64,000 bases of DNA from Octopus vulgaris (Eukaryota). Below are positions 28,043 to 41,388 of this stretch, piece after piece. Location of the stretch: positions 84,940,001-85,004,000 of the forward strand of contig OX597822.1 of assembly GCA_951406725.2 (NCBI GenBank), read 5' to 3'. The number at the start of each line of letters is the position of its first letter. Positions within the stretch are counted from its first letter, which is position 1. The position numbers were made by a program, and so were the translations under genes. The notes under the pieces were generated by a model. It saw only the letters and a list, made by a program, of their open reading frames with translations. It was not told the origin of the DNA and ran no database searches.

Positions 28043-28529
28043 ATTTTACTTCACATCATTCGAACATCTAAATTTTTATGACGTAAACAAAATATAATTT
28101 TCGTTGGTAAGAACAAAGTTTCTGAAATGGATGGAACAATTCTAAATGTTACAACGAAATGTGTAATGGCAGGAACGTTTGTTTATGTTTACAGAAAATA
28201 CGGGTTCGGGTTCCAACGGTAGCCTTCATATTGTGTACCAACCAAGGTGTTTTTAAAACAACATCCTATATATTATTGTTATATATTATTTTTCTACTTC
28301 GAATTTCACTCATAAAACCGATTTACTTCTTTATGGCGAACGTTCCAAATTATTAAAACGTAAGAATTTTACAATTCACACCAATAACAAAGGAAGTTTC
28401 TAAAATCGATGGGAAAATTCAACGAGATGCTTGGTGTAACGGTTAAAGCGTTTCTGATGTTTACAGATGATATCGTTCCGCAGCAGCCTTTGACATTTTC
28501 CCATATATATATATATATATTATATATAT

Positions 28530-28968
28530 ATAATTAGAGGATATGTTAAGCTCGGGAAGGGATGGTTGCATCCAAGGAAATACTGGTTCAATACCTAGTA
28601 TTCTTGGAGAAAGAAATTTCCTTAAAACAATAGGTATATATAAAGTATATAGTTTATATCCAGTTAAAAGAAGGAAAGAAAATGGAGATAAGGAAGTAAA
28701 TAATTGTTTATTATTAACAAATTGATCATCTTCATTTCTTACAGCCGTTTCAATTAATACTTAATAATTTAATTACAAATTTGTACATTAAATTTACATT
28801 CATGTGACATGAGTTTAATTTCATCAGAGGAAAAAGATGTGCCTTGGGATTTTATTGATAACCCCATATATAACATCAAAAGGTACCTCCCCTTTTTTCC
28901 CCTGATGAAATTGTTTTCATGTCACATAAATGGAAATTTGATGTACAAATTTGTTATTAAATTATTAT
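28530..28968. mobile_element. Penelope-like relic with an inverted partial duplication and a hammerhead with long stem II (28737-28830, -)
   Basis: Sense strand: CCT-CTGATGA-AATTAA...TTAATT-GAAAC-GGCT-GTA-AGA. 28890-28968 is an inverted copy of ~28760-28840. Confidence 0.65.
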
Positions 28969-29056
28969 GCCGATGTCAGCTTAATTGCATTAACAGAAAA
29001 ATTAAGGCCACAATTGTGGGATTCATGCCTCCTCCAAGGGATTAAATTACAGATGT

Positions 29057-29348
29057 GAAGGTGCGTGGCTTAGTGGTTAGAGTGTTTGGCTCATAAGTTC
29101 GATACCCAGCGGCGCGTCGTGCCCTTTAGCCAGATACTTTATTTCTCGTTGCTCCAGTCCACTCTGCTGGCAAAAATGAGTTGTACCTGTAATTCAAAGG
29201 GCCGGTCGTGTCCCATTCTGTGTCACCCTGAATCTCCCTGTCTAGGTGTCTGTGGAGTTCTCAGTCATTTGCTCGTTCACATTATGAGCAGGCTGTTCCG
29301 TGGATCGAATCAACTGGAAGCCTCGTCTATGTAACCAATGGAATGCCA
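29057..29348 (+). mobile_element. SINE family C
   Basis: A box TGGCTTAGTGG and B box AGTTCGATACC. The body is shared with 3211. Confidence 0.8.
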
Positions 29349-29573
29349 AAAATTATACAATTTCAGTTCATCATTTAAGACATATTTCACACGATTTCTG
29401 CTGGAAAATTACCAGAAAAACTGAATGAAGGACACCGCTTCTACATCTGTCACCCTCATAAATCTGATGTTTATCGAAAAAACGGGAAGAAAAAAAAATT
29501 ACGCACGTTTAGACTGACACACGCACATACATGTTTAAAGGTGGAAAAAATAGAAATATATAGACACTCACTG

Positions 29574-29608
<35 letters not shown>

Positions 29609-29795
29609 CACACACACACACATAAACATTTATATACACGAACACATATGCATGCATGCATCCATAAATATACATATATATATACATATATATATATAAT
29701 ATATATCTACATATATCTACATATATATATATGTGTGTGTGTATATAAATATATATATATATGTATACAAATATATATGTGTGTGTGTATATATG

Positions 29796-29841
<46 letters not shown>

Positions 29842-30140
29842 CATAATATTTCCTGGCGTTCTTTCATCTCCCATCTTCTCAATTTCACACTTGCCCAATT
29901 CAGTTTCATTTGCGTCATGAGTGAGTAAAAAAAGATTAAAACAAAAGCAACAACAAAAAAACGGGTCCTCAATGTAAGGACGAAATTAAGTCATAACATA
30001 TTGACAAACCTGTGTGGGTAGGAATGTGCGTGTATAAATACTTCACACATGTACACGCACAGATCCAGATGCTCACACATGCATACGTATATATATATAT
30101 AAATAAATATATATATATACATATATATTCGTATGTATAT

Positions 30141-30204
<64 letters not shown>

Positions 30205-30336
30205 ATATAATATATACGTACGCATATACATACGTATATATATATATACATGTATATATATATATACGTATACATATATATATGTACGTATATTTATACG
30301 TATATATATATATATAAATATATATACGTGCATATG

Positions 30337-30372
<36 letters not shown>

Positions 30373-30401
30373 GATATATATATAGGTACATATATTTATA
30401 C

Positions 30402-30444
<43 letters not shown>

Positions 30445-30919
30445 TGTGCGTGTATATGTTTGTATATATATGTATGGAATTATATATGCATATATATATA
30501 CACATACATACATAACACGCGCGCAAATTTTTTTCAGGGAATGGCCAGAAAACGATCTGTGAACATCGGTTATAGATTTCTCACCGTAATGAGAAAACCA
30601 GTTGAGTAGGTTATGTGAAAAGGTATTTTATTTTATTTTTCATTGGTACATATGGATTAGTGCATATCTATGTTAATGTGTGTGTGTGTGTGTGTATGTT
30701 TGTATGTATTTGCGCTTCGCACTATCTATATCTGCAAATATATGTTTCTGAGTCCACCGTCGGCGGGTGTCTATGACTATTTTACATGTGTCTACAACAC
30801 ATTTTTCTGTGTGTGTGTGTGTGTTTGTGTTTGTGTATGTGCGTGTGTGCGTATATCTACGTGTGTGTGACCTTACATGTGTAATTATGGGTTCATAAAA
30901 GTGTTCGGTTTTATATATA

Positions 30920-31757
30920 CGCGGTCTGATCAATAAGTATCCGGACTGTTGCCATAATAACGAAGCTAAAGCACGCAGAGTAAAGCCGTTTGGCACATAT
31001 TAACCTTAACAGATTAACCATGCTGTGCATGCGCACAAAGCTTTAACGTTCTAGCTCGCTTCCGCTGTTTACAGCAGTGCTTGAAAGTAAGGTATGTAAT
31101 GTGTGATAGTCGCATTGACCATGGCAGAAAAAGTTAAGCAGAGAATCAGCATTTAATTCTGCCAAAATTTCACGATTCCTTCTTAGAGGCCTCCGCAGAG
31201 TTTTCAAAAAGTTTTCATCGTTCTTGACACAATCAAGGAGATCTTGTCCAACTGAAACCCGAGTGTCTTTCTGGTCAGCTGAAAGCAGTCTTAGCACAAA
31301 CTTGGCAGACACGTTTCTCATACCCAAATCTTCGTAACTAATCTGGACATCCTCTGATAACTCACGGATGCTGATTCAACGCTGTCCTATCGCACGTCTG
31401 CGATGTTTTTCTCAGTTCTGCTGGTTGGGGGCCTACCAGAACTTTCATCAATAGACATTTTTTGGTCATTTTGGTAACGTCTGAATCACTGGTACACTTG
31501 TGTGCAGCTCATACACTCCTCTCCATACACTTTCTTTAACTTTGCGTAGGCCTTTCTCTGTCAAGGTCAATGCGACGATCACACGCGACACACCTTCCTT
31601 CCAATCATTGCTATAAACAGCAGAAGTGAGCTAGAACGTTAAAACTTAGTGTGTAGGCATAGCAGGGTTCAAGGTCAATCGGTGACAAGCAGCTTTACTT
31701 CGCGTGCTTTAGGTTCGTTACTATGGTAACAGTCGAATACTTATTGATCAGGCCTAG
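30920..31757. mobile_element. Non-autonomous mariner fold-back built from two 5' ends (longer copy)
   Basis: Same TIRs and the same internal inversion junction as 4863-5363. Minus ORF GMRNVSAKFVLRLLSADQKDTRV. Confidence 0.9.
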
Positions 31758-31842
31758 AATGTATAAGTATTCATGTATGGTGATTATATATACATAATAC
31801 AAGCATATATTTTTGCGTTTGTGTATTGATAGAGATAGATAT

Positions 31843-31884
<42 letters not shown>

Positions 31885-31885
31885 G

Positions 31886-31959
<74 letters not shown>

Positions 31960-32861
31960 CAGATAATATATTAATCGTTATTGAGTTTTTCCTGACACAT
32001 GCACGTATAACTCTTCTACATAGGCGCATAGGCGCACGCGCGCACACACACACACACACACAGGTATGTATGTTATCATTCAATTTTATTTCAAAATTCC
32101 TTGACAATAGTAAAAGAGCCTCTTCCTAATCTAGATCCGAAGTTCCTTCATTGGAATTTTACTATCACCAACAGGGTATTTGTATATGTATATGTGTGTA
32201 TGTGTGTAGTATTCGGAGTCGGATAAACGGGCCAGCCTTGGCACGGACTGCTTGGCGTTAATTCTGTCGGTCGATTCTTTAGAAATATACCTCTCAATGG
32301 AATACGCATTGGCTCACGCTATAATTCATTAAGTATGCCAATCAATCAAAAAAAAAAAAAAAAGAAAAATCTATAACAGTTATCGTCGAAACCGATGGAG
32401 ATCCGTTTGCTTTATCTATGAACTTTCACTCTTTAATTATTCAGATGCTTCTTAACAAAGGAGTAAGTTTCGTTTCTGATAAAGAATCAACGCAACTTCG
32501 TTGGGATTTGGGTGACAACAACGATAAGAGTTACATGAACTTTGGAAAAGTTTTACATATCTTCACTGTTCCACTCACAGTGCGAGTTAGGTGGTCAGTT
32601 TTTTTAACCTGAAAATCTTAAATTTTCCAGACTTTTACTTAGTGAACCAACTTCACCAACAGTTATTGAATTGTCGCTTCCCAAGCAGTTATATTCTCCT
32701 CTTTTTTTGCTTCCTGTGATTTGACAGAAATACACCGCTGAGACCTATTATTCGAATTAATCTTTCTTTCCTGTATCAGAAAAACAAAAAACAAAAAACA
32801 AAAAACACTAGGCCAGTTCTGCTTGCCCTTGATAGAAGTATTAATGAATATGTATTTGTGT

Positions 32862-33291
32862 AAGGCGGCGAGCTGGCAGAAACGTTAGCACACCGGGGCG
32901 AAGTGCTTAGCGGTATTTCGTCTATCTTTACGTTCTGAGTTGAAATTCCGCCGAGGTCGACTTTGCCTGTCATCCTTTCGGGGTCGATAAATTAAGTACC
33001 AGTTACGCACTGGGGTCGATCTAAGCGGCTTAATCCCTTTGTCCTTGTTTGTCCTCTCTATGTTTAGCCCCTTGTGAGCAGTAAAGAAATAAGTAACGTT
33101 AGCACGCCGGGCGAAATGCTTAGCGGTATTTCGTCTGTCTTTACGTTCTGAGTTCAAATTCCGCCGAGGTCGACTTTGCCTTTCATCCTTTCGGGGTCGA
33201 TAAATTAAATACCAGTTGCGTACTGAGGTCGATCTAATCGACTGGCCTCTTTTCCCCCCAAATTTCGTGCCTTGGGCTTAGAGTAGAAAAG
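32862..33291 (+). mobile_element. Tandem dimer of SINE family A with two different tails
   Basis: The head and core repeat at 32862 and 33095. Confidence 0.9.
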
Positions 33292-33940
33292 TAACCACTG
33301 AGAACAGAAGAGGAAGCTGTGCCGTACAAGAAAAGGGTATTGTATCCAAAAGAAAATTACCCTAAAGGAAAACGCATGTTATGAGCACAAGAAAACGTGG
33401 TGGGAACATGTATTGGCAATGATGCGTGGAGTCTGTGCCAGCGAGGAAAAACACATTTTTCGGATATAGCACCCTTCCTCTTAGGACTAAAAATATTTAA
33501 TTTGTAAAGTGTTGTTTATCGCATTAAATGTATATTGAGCGCTTAAAACTACAAAAGACGTGTTGTATACTCGTTTTCCGCGTGTAGAATACAAATATTG
33601 ACAACACGTGCTATTTTCAGGATGTTGACAAAATATGCAGTCACGCACAAAATGACAGCTTCCAAGTCCTGTTTCCTGACTGGGTGAAAATGATCAAACT
33701 TTAAACCTTTATAACTTAAAAAAAATTTTTTCTGGTAAAAGCTTCGAAATTTATATTAATATACGAAATTTTGAAATCTTCGATAGACTTTAATTTTTGA
33801 AATTTTGGCAGCCAAACAAAAGATTCTTCTCCTGTCTTAAATAAGGGGAAAATAGTGAGTAATCTAGACCGAGATACAAAAGATGACATTGTCATGAATG
33901 GAACACTTTTGTCATAAAATTGTTCGATCGGAGCTAAAAC

Positions 33941-34229
33941 TAGCACTCCGCCGGTTACGACCACGAGTGTTCTGGTTGATCCAATCAACGGAACAGTCTG
34001 CTCCTGAAAGTCATATGCAAGTGGCTGAGCACTCCACAGACACGCGTATCCTTAACCTATTTCTCAGGGTAATTCAACCTGACACAGAATGTGACAAGAC
34101 CGGCCCTTTTCAATACAGATACAACTCATTTTTGCTAGCTTGCTCAAGTACACAACGTCCCGCAGGGTTATCGAACTCAGGAACTCACATTCGTGGGCCA
34201 AATTCTCAAACCACTAAGCCATGCGCCTT
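33941..34229 (-). mobile_element. SINE family C
   Basis: Reverse complement of the 29057 copy. Confidence 0.8.
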
Positions 34230-34318
34230 TACTGACTTGGGGCTTAACAACAACAAAAAATTACGACAAACAACATCACAAGAACACCACCGCCGCCACC
34301 ATCACCACCACCACCACC

Positions 34319-34383
<65 letters not shown>

Positions 34384-34644
34384 TACCTCTCCCGTCATGA
34401 ATGTTACACTTGTCACACCCATCTAAAAACCAAAGAAACAACCTTCCACTCACTTGAGATGCTAGAAATAAACTCCCTTAAATAACAGCAAACAGTTTTA
34501 AATAAAGGAGGGACACGTTGGAAAATGCAGTCCAAGACACACCTCGGAAATTACAGGATGGTCACGGTTGGAATGCCTCTAATCATAAGTCTGCTCGATC
34601 AGGGACTAAAACACGACTGCAGGAAGTATCGGGACACACCACAG

Positions 34645-34716
<72 letters not shown>

Positions 34717-35145
34717 GCTCAGACACACACGCATACACACATATTGAGTTTTCATTCTACTCAGTACCAACAGCATCAAATTCTAATTGGACGAATAACA
34801 CGAAGCTTTCATTTTTCCAGTATGACTTAAGTTCTTCAAATGCTTTCATTCTTTTCAGGGGTTTTAAATTACAGAGCAAAACTCCTATCGTATATGATTT
34901 CCGTGTCCATATTTATTCGCCGCTATTCCTTGCTGGTACATTAATAAATCCCGACGATAAACCTCGAACCATCTTCTGAATTTATTTACGTCAACGTAGG
35001 CACATGATTCAGTAAAACTATAAAAGACTTTTCTAGAATGCAGTCATTGATTCTACAAGTGTTTTGCAGAACCAATAAAAGATTTTCTATTTGTTCATTT
35101 GGTTTGTTCAAAATAGCAGTTAAATTTCATTGAAATCTCACTGGT

Positions 35146-35470
35146 CCTCCGTCACTTACGACGACGAGTGTTCCATTTGATGCGATCAACGGAACAACGT
35201 GCTCATGAAATTAATGTGCAAGTGGCTGAGCACTCTACAAACACGCGTACCCTTAATATAGTTTTCAGGAAAATTCAGAGTGGGCGGGGGTGGGATGGGG
35301 TAGTATGTGACAAGGCTGGCCTTTTGAACTAAAGGGTACAGCTCATTTTTGCTAGGTGAGTGAACTGGAGCCACGAAAAAGTAAAGTGTCTTGCTCAAGG
35401 ACACAACGCGTCACCTCGAATCGAACCCAGGATTGTGAGCTGAATACCCTGACCACTAAGCCACGCGCCC
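35146..35470 (-). mobile_element. SINE family C
   Basis: Reverse complement of the 29057 and 3211 copies. Confidence 0.8.
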
Positions 35471-36125
35471 ACGCTTCAACTCGACCACCTTAAGTAAATG
35501 GGGATGCATTGGTTAAGCATTCCTAGGTTCTCTCCATCTGATAGGGCATTGGCAGGTTGAAAGGGAGATTGCCACAGCTGCAACATTTCTGGCCATAACA
35601 TTTTGTCAACTGTATGTTACGTATATTTATATTTTTACATCATTCAATACAAAAAAAAGGTAGTGCTCGAAAGCATTTATAGAGTTTAAGAAACTTGTGA
35701 TAGGAAGCAGGGTATCCTAAAACCACTTGCAGCGTGAATTCTTCTAAAGGCATCCAAGAACGGAGTGTAAAACGCGATGATGTAATGCAAGAGTTCAGAA
35801 GAATTTTATATTTCTTAAAGACGTCTTTGTTTATTTAAGCAATTTATGGAAAGAAAAATTTAGGAATTACAAATTAATCCTTTCCCCTTTTGAGAGTCAT
35901 TTCATTCTGTAAACTTAATAATAATCTATAATATTATTCTACTAATCACTTCGTCCGTGTGTTCGCGTGTTACGTTCTCTACAACCTAAATTAAGAAAGG
36001 AAATTGAAGACATAATTGGAATTTCTTTGAAGATTGATTAATTTATGAATCAGAATATGAAATTAGAAGACTTTAAAAAGTTGAATATCCTCGGGTTCCA
36101 CATTTAAAAAGTGGAATATCCACAA

Positions 36126-36181
<56 letters not shown>

Positions 36182-36204
36182 AATGATAATAGTAACGATG
36201 GTTA

Positions 36205-36630
36205 CAAATTTTGGCACAAGGCCAGCAATTTCGTAGGAGTATATCAACCCCAGTGCTCAACCGGTACTTAGTTTATTGATCCCAAAAGGATGAATGGCAA
36301 AGTCGACCCCGGCAGAATTTGAACTCAGAACAAAAAGACGGACGGAATACTTTTCTACTCTAGGCACAAGGCTCGAAATTTTGGGGGGAGGGACCAGTCG
36401 ATTAGATCGACCCCAGTACACAACTGGTACTTAATTCATCGACTCCGAAAGGATGAAAGGCAAAGTCGACCTCGGCGGAATTTGAACTCAGTACATAAAG
36501 GCAGACGAAATACCGCTAAGCATTTCGCCAGGCGTGCCAACGTTTCTGCCAGCTCACCACCTTAAAAAGACGGACGAAATACTACTAAGCATTTTGTTCG
36601 GTGTGGTAACGACTCCGGCGGCTCGTCGGT
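36205..36630 (-). mobile_element. Nested SINE family A copies
   Basis: Two family A cores. AAAAAGACGGACG(G/A)AATAC is repeated around the inner copy. Confidence 0.85.
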
Positions 36631-37748
36631 TTACCGCCTTAATAATAGTAATAATAATTACAATAATGATATGCAAGACTTAATATTTGAAGCTTCTTGA
36701 TAATAAGTCTGTGTATCATTTGTTGACTAATCTTTTATAATGGGGCAGGGTTTTTCCCTTAGTGAGAAACGAGTACTTACTGTATACAAACAGATGTGTA
36801 TGTATGTGTATATGTATGATTGTGAGTGTGTGTGTGTGTGAGTGTATGGCCACAAACACATGGACTTAAGCTTTGATTGACTCCATACAAGAGTAAAGCT
36901 CGACGAACCTGTTTTCCTGTTAACAACTCACACAGGTTCTCCTCATCATCACCACCCGAGCACACATGCTACGAATTAAGAGAAGAGAGAGCGTTGTTTC
37001 ACAGGTTTCTAAGTCGAGGCTTCATCATCGTCATCATGATCATGATCATGATCATGATCATCATAATCACAACCACCCTCGTCACCATCGCCACCATTAC
37101 CATATTTTACCTCCTCAGTCTTTCAACTGTTGCTGATCCCTGTTGAACACATCAACCGTTAGTCGTTTGACAATCATTTCGTTAATGATAATACCACCTG
37201 CTTACATTTCAAATTTAATACTTGCCCTGATTTTCTTTTTCCCACTCTTTCATTCATTTTTCTTTTTCTTTCCTTTTTCCTTCCTTCATTTCTTTGTTTC
37301 ATTCTTCCTTCCTTCCTTCCTCCCTTCCTTCCGCCAATGTTTTTTTTCTTTTTTTTTCCCGTTATAAATAATTTTATTTTTCTGTGTCAGATAATCCATT
37401 GGATCTTTGATGCATCGCTGAAAGACTTTTATCTTCATCTTCGTTTCGTACCGAATAGCTAGGGTTAACTAATCTGTAATATCCCAGCTTATCATCAATC
37501 ATTATCGCTTAAACGATTTGAATACAGCATTGCTTGCGATAAGAAGTTAATAAACATATACAGGGAACCCTATAATTCACAGCGGTAAATCTTTATACAT
37601 TAATAATACCCGTTATTGTTGTTGTGGTTGTTGTGATCGTTTGACCTGAAACTATCTCAGATCGAACATATCCCTTGACCATTCCGGCTATCATCTTCCT
37701 GTATTTCCCCCAGGACTACGTCCAACGACAGACTTTTTTCTTTTAGAC

Positions 37749-37972
37749 CAATGGTTCTTAACCAAGGTCCACATGACCCTTAAGGATCCATATAAGATTT
37801 TGCAATAAATTATTATTCTTCAATACACAAAGTATTTTCATAATTTCTTAATACAAATCCTCATAATAATTAATTATAAAAAGGTAAGAAGATTTTTAAA
37901 ACATGGGAGTCCAGTAGAGAAAAATAAGAATCAGAGGAGTCCATTAGTAGGAAAAACGGTTCAGAACCATTC
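37749..37972. mobile_element. hAT MITE (same family as 5507)
   Basis: TIRs CAATGGTTCTTAACC / GGTTCAGAACCATTC with TSD TTTTAGAC / TTTTAAAC (7 of 8 match). Confidence 0.8.
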
Positions 37973-38084
37973 TTTTAAACGGAAGGGTTTAATTTAAGAA
38001 AGCTTTGTCCGAGTGACGACCTCGTAGCTTTCTCGTTGTTTCTTAATGTTATCGTTTTATTGTTAGGTGAACTAGAATCATCAT

Positions 38085-39560
38085 CATTAAGCATCGTCTG
38101 ATCTCAGCAGGTTGATTACCAAGGATCTCTATTCGGGTCTTTTCGCGGCTATTTTTTTTATACATTTGCCATATGACGGTTTAGTCCAGTTTGTGATGTT
38201 ACCAAATCAGTTAGTTTTAGGTCTTCCTCTGAGGTGTTTGTCATTTATCTATTCTAGAAATAGTCTTTGTATATTTTCTGCATTTACTGTGTGACCAAAG
38301 TACGTTAGTTTCATTTCTTTAATAGTTGAGAGTGATTATCTTTTTGCATTTACTAATTGTTGTACTTCATTAGTTCTATATTTTGTCCAGGATATTCTTA
38401 ACATTCTTCAAAATGTCCACATTTCAAAAACTACTTGTCTGTCTGATACAGTTTTCGTCAATATCACTCTCACTGTATGATAATTTAGTTATGAAACCAG
38501 TGTGTTCTAGATTTTACTCTCGATCGTTTGTCATCTATTTTCCTAGTCATAATAATCTTTGTATATTTTGTGCCCTTACTATTTGAACGAAGTACGAGGG
38601 TGAGTCAAAGAGTAATACCATTTTGTTTAGGACAGGTATAATTACCAACACAGGAATATGTATCATACATCAAAATGAAGCTGGTCTTCTGTGGATCACA
38701 TCCCTACTTCTCAACATAGTCACTGTTTCTCTCAATAGCAATGTTCCACCTTCGAATGAGAGCATGTATCCCTGCCATGTAAAATTCTTTTGACTGTTCT
38801 TTTAGCCACTTCTTCACTACAGTTTTCACTTCCTCGTCACTGGAATGATTTAGCGCCTTCAGGCTATCATCTCTTCGGCCCCATGAAAGAGGGTTTGAGG
38901 GGCAAACATTATTCCAGTGACGAGGAAGTGAAGACTGTCGTGAAGTGGCTCAAAGAATAGTCAACAGAATTTAACGGGGCAGGGATACATGCTGTCATTC
39001 GAAAGTGGAACATTGTTATTGAGAGAAACAGTGACTATGTTGAGAAGTAGGGATGTGATCCACAGAGGACCAGCTTCATTTTGATGTATGATACATGTTC
39101 CTGTGTTGGTAATTATACCTGTCCTAAACAAAATGGCATTACTTTTTGACTCACCCTCATACTTTAGCTTCTTTATAGATGAGAGCAATCTGTTTGTTTT
39201 AGCTTGTTTGTAGCAACTCTTCTTTGGTTTTATGTTTTAGCCAAGATATTCTAAACATTCTTCTATATGTCAATATTTCAAAAACTACTTTGTAAGATAG
39301 AGTTTTCGTCGATGTCCATGATTCCACTCCGTATAATTCTGTAGAGTAGACCATTTGTAACATTATCATGCTTCCATATGAATGTTCCTTGATGCTAAAG
39401 TTTTTGACATGTTTTCAAATGTTTTCCTTTCAATTTCTATTTTTCGTCCAATTTCAGTTTCACATTTACCATTTTCAGATTCCACAAAGACGAAACAGAC
39501 ATGTGAGAAGTTTCCTATTTTGATTCTCTTTTGATGATATTGATGTTAAGAAATGTTTGT
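38085..39560 (-). mobile_element. Old RTE-like LINE relic with an internal tandem duplication, split by a mariner insertion
   Basis: Minus-strand KLTYFGHTV / KLKYFVQIVR, FEMWTF/IDI.RRM.RI and RGRPKTN motifs. The same region occurs twice. Confidence 0.65.
38595..39159. mobile_element. Palindromic mariner derivative built from two 3' ends
   Basis: TA TSD and ~250-bp inverted arms. Both arms encode the mariner C-terminus GIHA..RW/KW..IERNSDYVEK*. The spacer carries LAPSGYHLFGPMK. Confidence 0.92.
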
Positions 39561-39977
39561 TCCTTATTGGCTGCCATAGTTTTAAATTTTTGGTGTTTAT
39601 TGTTATTAAAATAAAGTTGATATGGTCAGAGTGCAGCGTTGAAATCAGCTTAGGAACGGAGGGCCTTTCAGTCAGTTGTGTGATATCCTATAAATTCTTC
39701 CAGCTGCGATTATTTGAATCTTTTTATGTGAGTTTTTAAACCAATTAATAAACGCCATTGAAAGATATGCTAGATCGATATGCTAGAAATAGAAGCCAGT
39801 TCCCATTATTTATGTCGTGAAAAGAATGGATACATTGGATAATGTAGTTTTAGAAACCGTTGAAAGAATAGAAGTTCATGGTCTGACGTGTCTTCCGTAA
39901 TACATTTGCTTACTGAAGCATGACCTTATTTAACCAAAAACCAGTTACAATAAAGGTAACAACAACAACTACAACAA

Positions 39978-40303
39978 TACAGTTCTATATTTAAGAGATG
40001 AGGAATTATGTACATCATTTACATTTGACGGATATTTGTCCTCATCTTGGTATACGGTGTAGTGTTTAAGAGCGCGGGCTACTAACCTCAAGATTACGAG
40101 TTCGATTCCAGGCAGTGACCTGAATAATAATAATAATAATAATAATAACATTAACATTGAAAAATACCTTAGGAATGAGAACCTACGTTCGAAATTTCTC
40201 CAATATACCTGATGAAGGCTGGAGGGTATATCAGCCGAAACGTGTTAACAACAAACAAGATGAGGACAAATATCCGTCAATTGTAAATAATGTAAATAAT
40301 GTC
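39978..40303 (+). mobile_element. tRNA-headed, hammerhead-bearing short element with an inverted 3'-end copy
   Basis: 13-bp TSD ACAACTACAACAA (39965-39977 / 40304-40316). tRNA-like head at 40054-40120. CTGATGA-A-GGCTG..CAGCC-GAAAC at 40209-40241. Confidence 0.85.
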
Positions 40304-41388
40304 ACAACTACAACAACTGAAGGCGACATCTTCATAAAGATTGATGGCACGTTATCGTATCAGTTATTGTAGTGATTAGCATTCTTTTTACGAAACTGAA
40401 AACTGCCTTGGCAAGATGGTGGAACGTTGATTAGTTTTACAGTGCTTTTGTTCCTTATAAACCTCATCTAGATCCACGAGTGTAAGCAGCACGAAGACTG
40501 AACAATTAAAAGCAGAAAATCACTGTTTGAAACACCATCGATTATTTACTTGCTCTGACATGGCTGACTTGTGATGAGACGATGCCAACGACTGTTGCCT
40601 CGCTCATCTTTCCGACGAACCAAAGTGACGCCATCTTGGGATATATTTTAATGTTTTACTCCAAATGGTGAAATGTCTGCAACCAATAATTCCCCGCTTT
40701 TCTTCCCTGATTATCCCACCTACTGGGAAAAAGAAAAGATTGCAAATAATTAAGGAAGCTTAGTCATTTCTTGGTAATAAGTGGTAGTAATTCATTTAGA
40801 AGCATCGTGTCTGTGAAAATGGCATTTTCCTACGACAGGCTTCATATACATACATACATACATACATACATACATACATGAAAACATGAATACATAATAC
40901 ATACATGCATGCATGCATGCATGCATACATACATACATACATACATACATACATACATACATGAAAACATGAATACATAATACATACATGCATGCATGCA
41001 TACATACATACATACATACATACATACATACATGTGTGTGTGTCTGTCTATGCATTCTTTTATCCTTTTATTCTTTTACTTGCTTCAATCATTAGACTGC
41101 GGCCATGAAGGATTTCAGTCGAACAAATCGATCCCAGTACTTGTGTCTTTTGCCGAACTGCTAATTTACGGGGACATAAACACACCAACACTAGTTGTCA
41201 AGTGGTTGTAGTGAAGGTGTTGATAGACAAATACACACACACACACACACACACACACGTACATGTGCGGGAGTATGTAGCATATCTGTTTATACATGTG
41301 TATGTATATACGTGTATATGACCGCGTGTGTACCGTTGGCGATTTTTTTTCCTCCGTCTTCCCTTCTCTGGATCTTTCCTTTTCCTAT

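Noticed and set aside
32862-33291. CRISPR-like repeat array
   Set aside because: The repeats are SINE copies in eukaryotic DNA, with no regular repeat-spacer structure or cas genes.
40054-40120. Functional tRNA gene (likewise the heads at 3211, 29057 and 63308)
   Set aside because: The cloverleaf stems are incomplete and each head is joined to a repeat body, so these are SINE heads.
40845-41035. ~80-bp tandem duplication within (CATA)n
   Set aside because: This is ordinary slippage or unequal exchange in a compound microsatellite.
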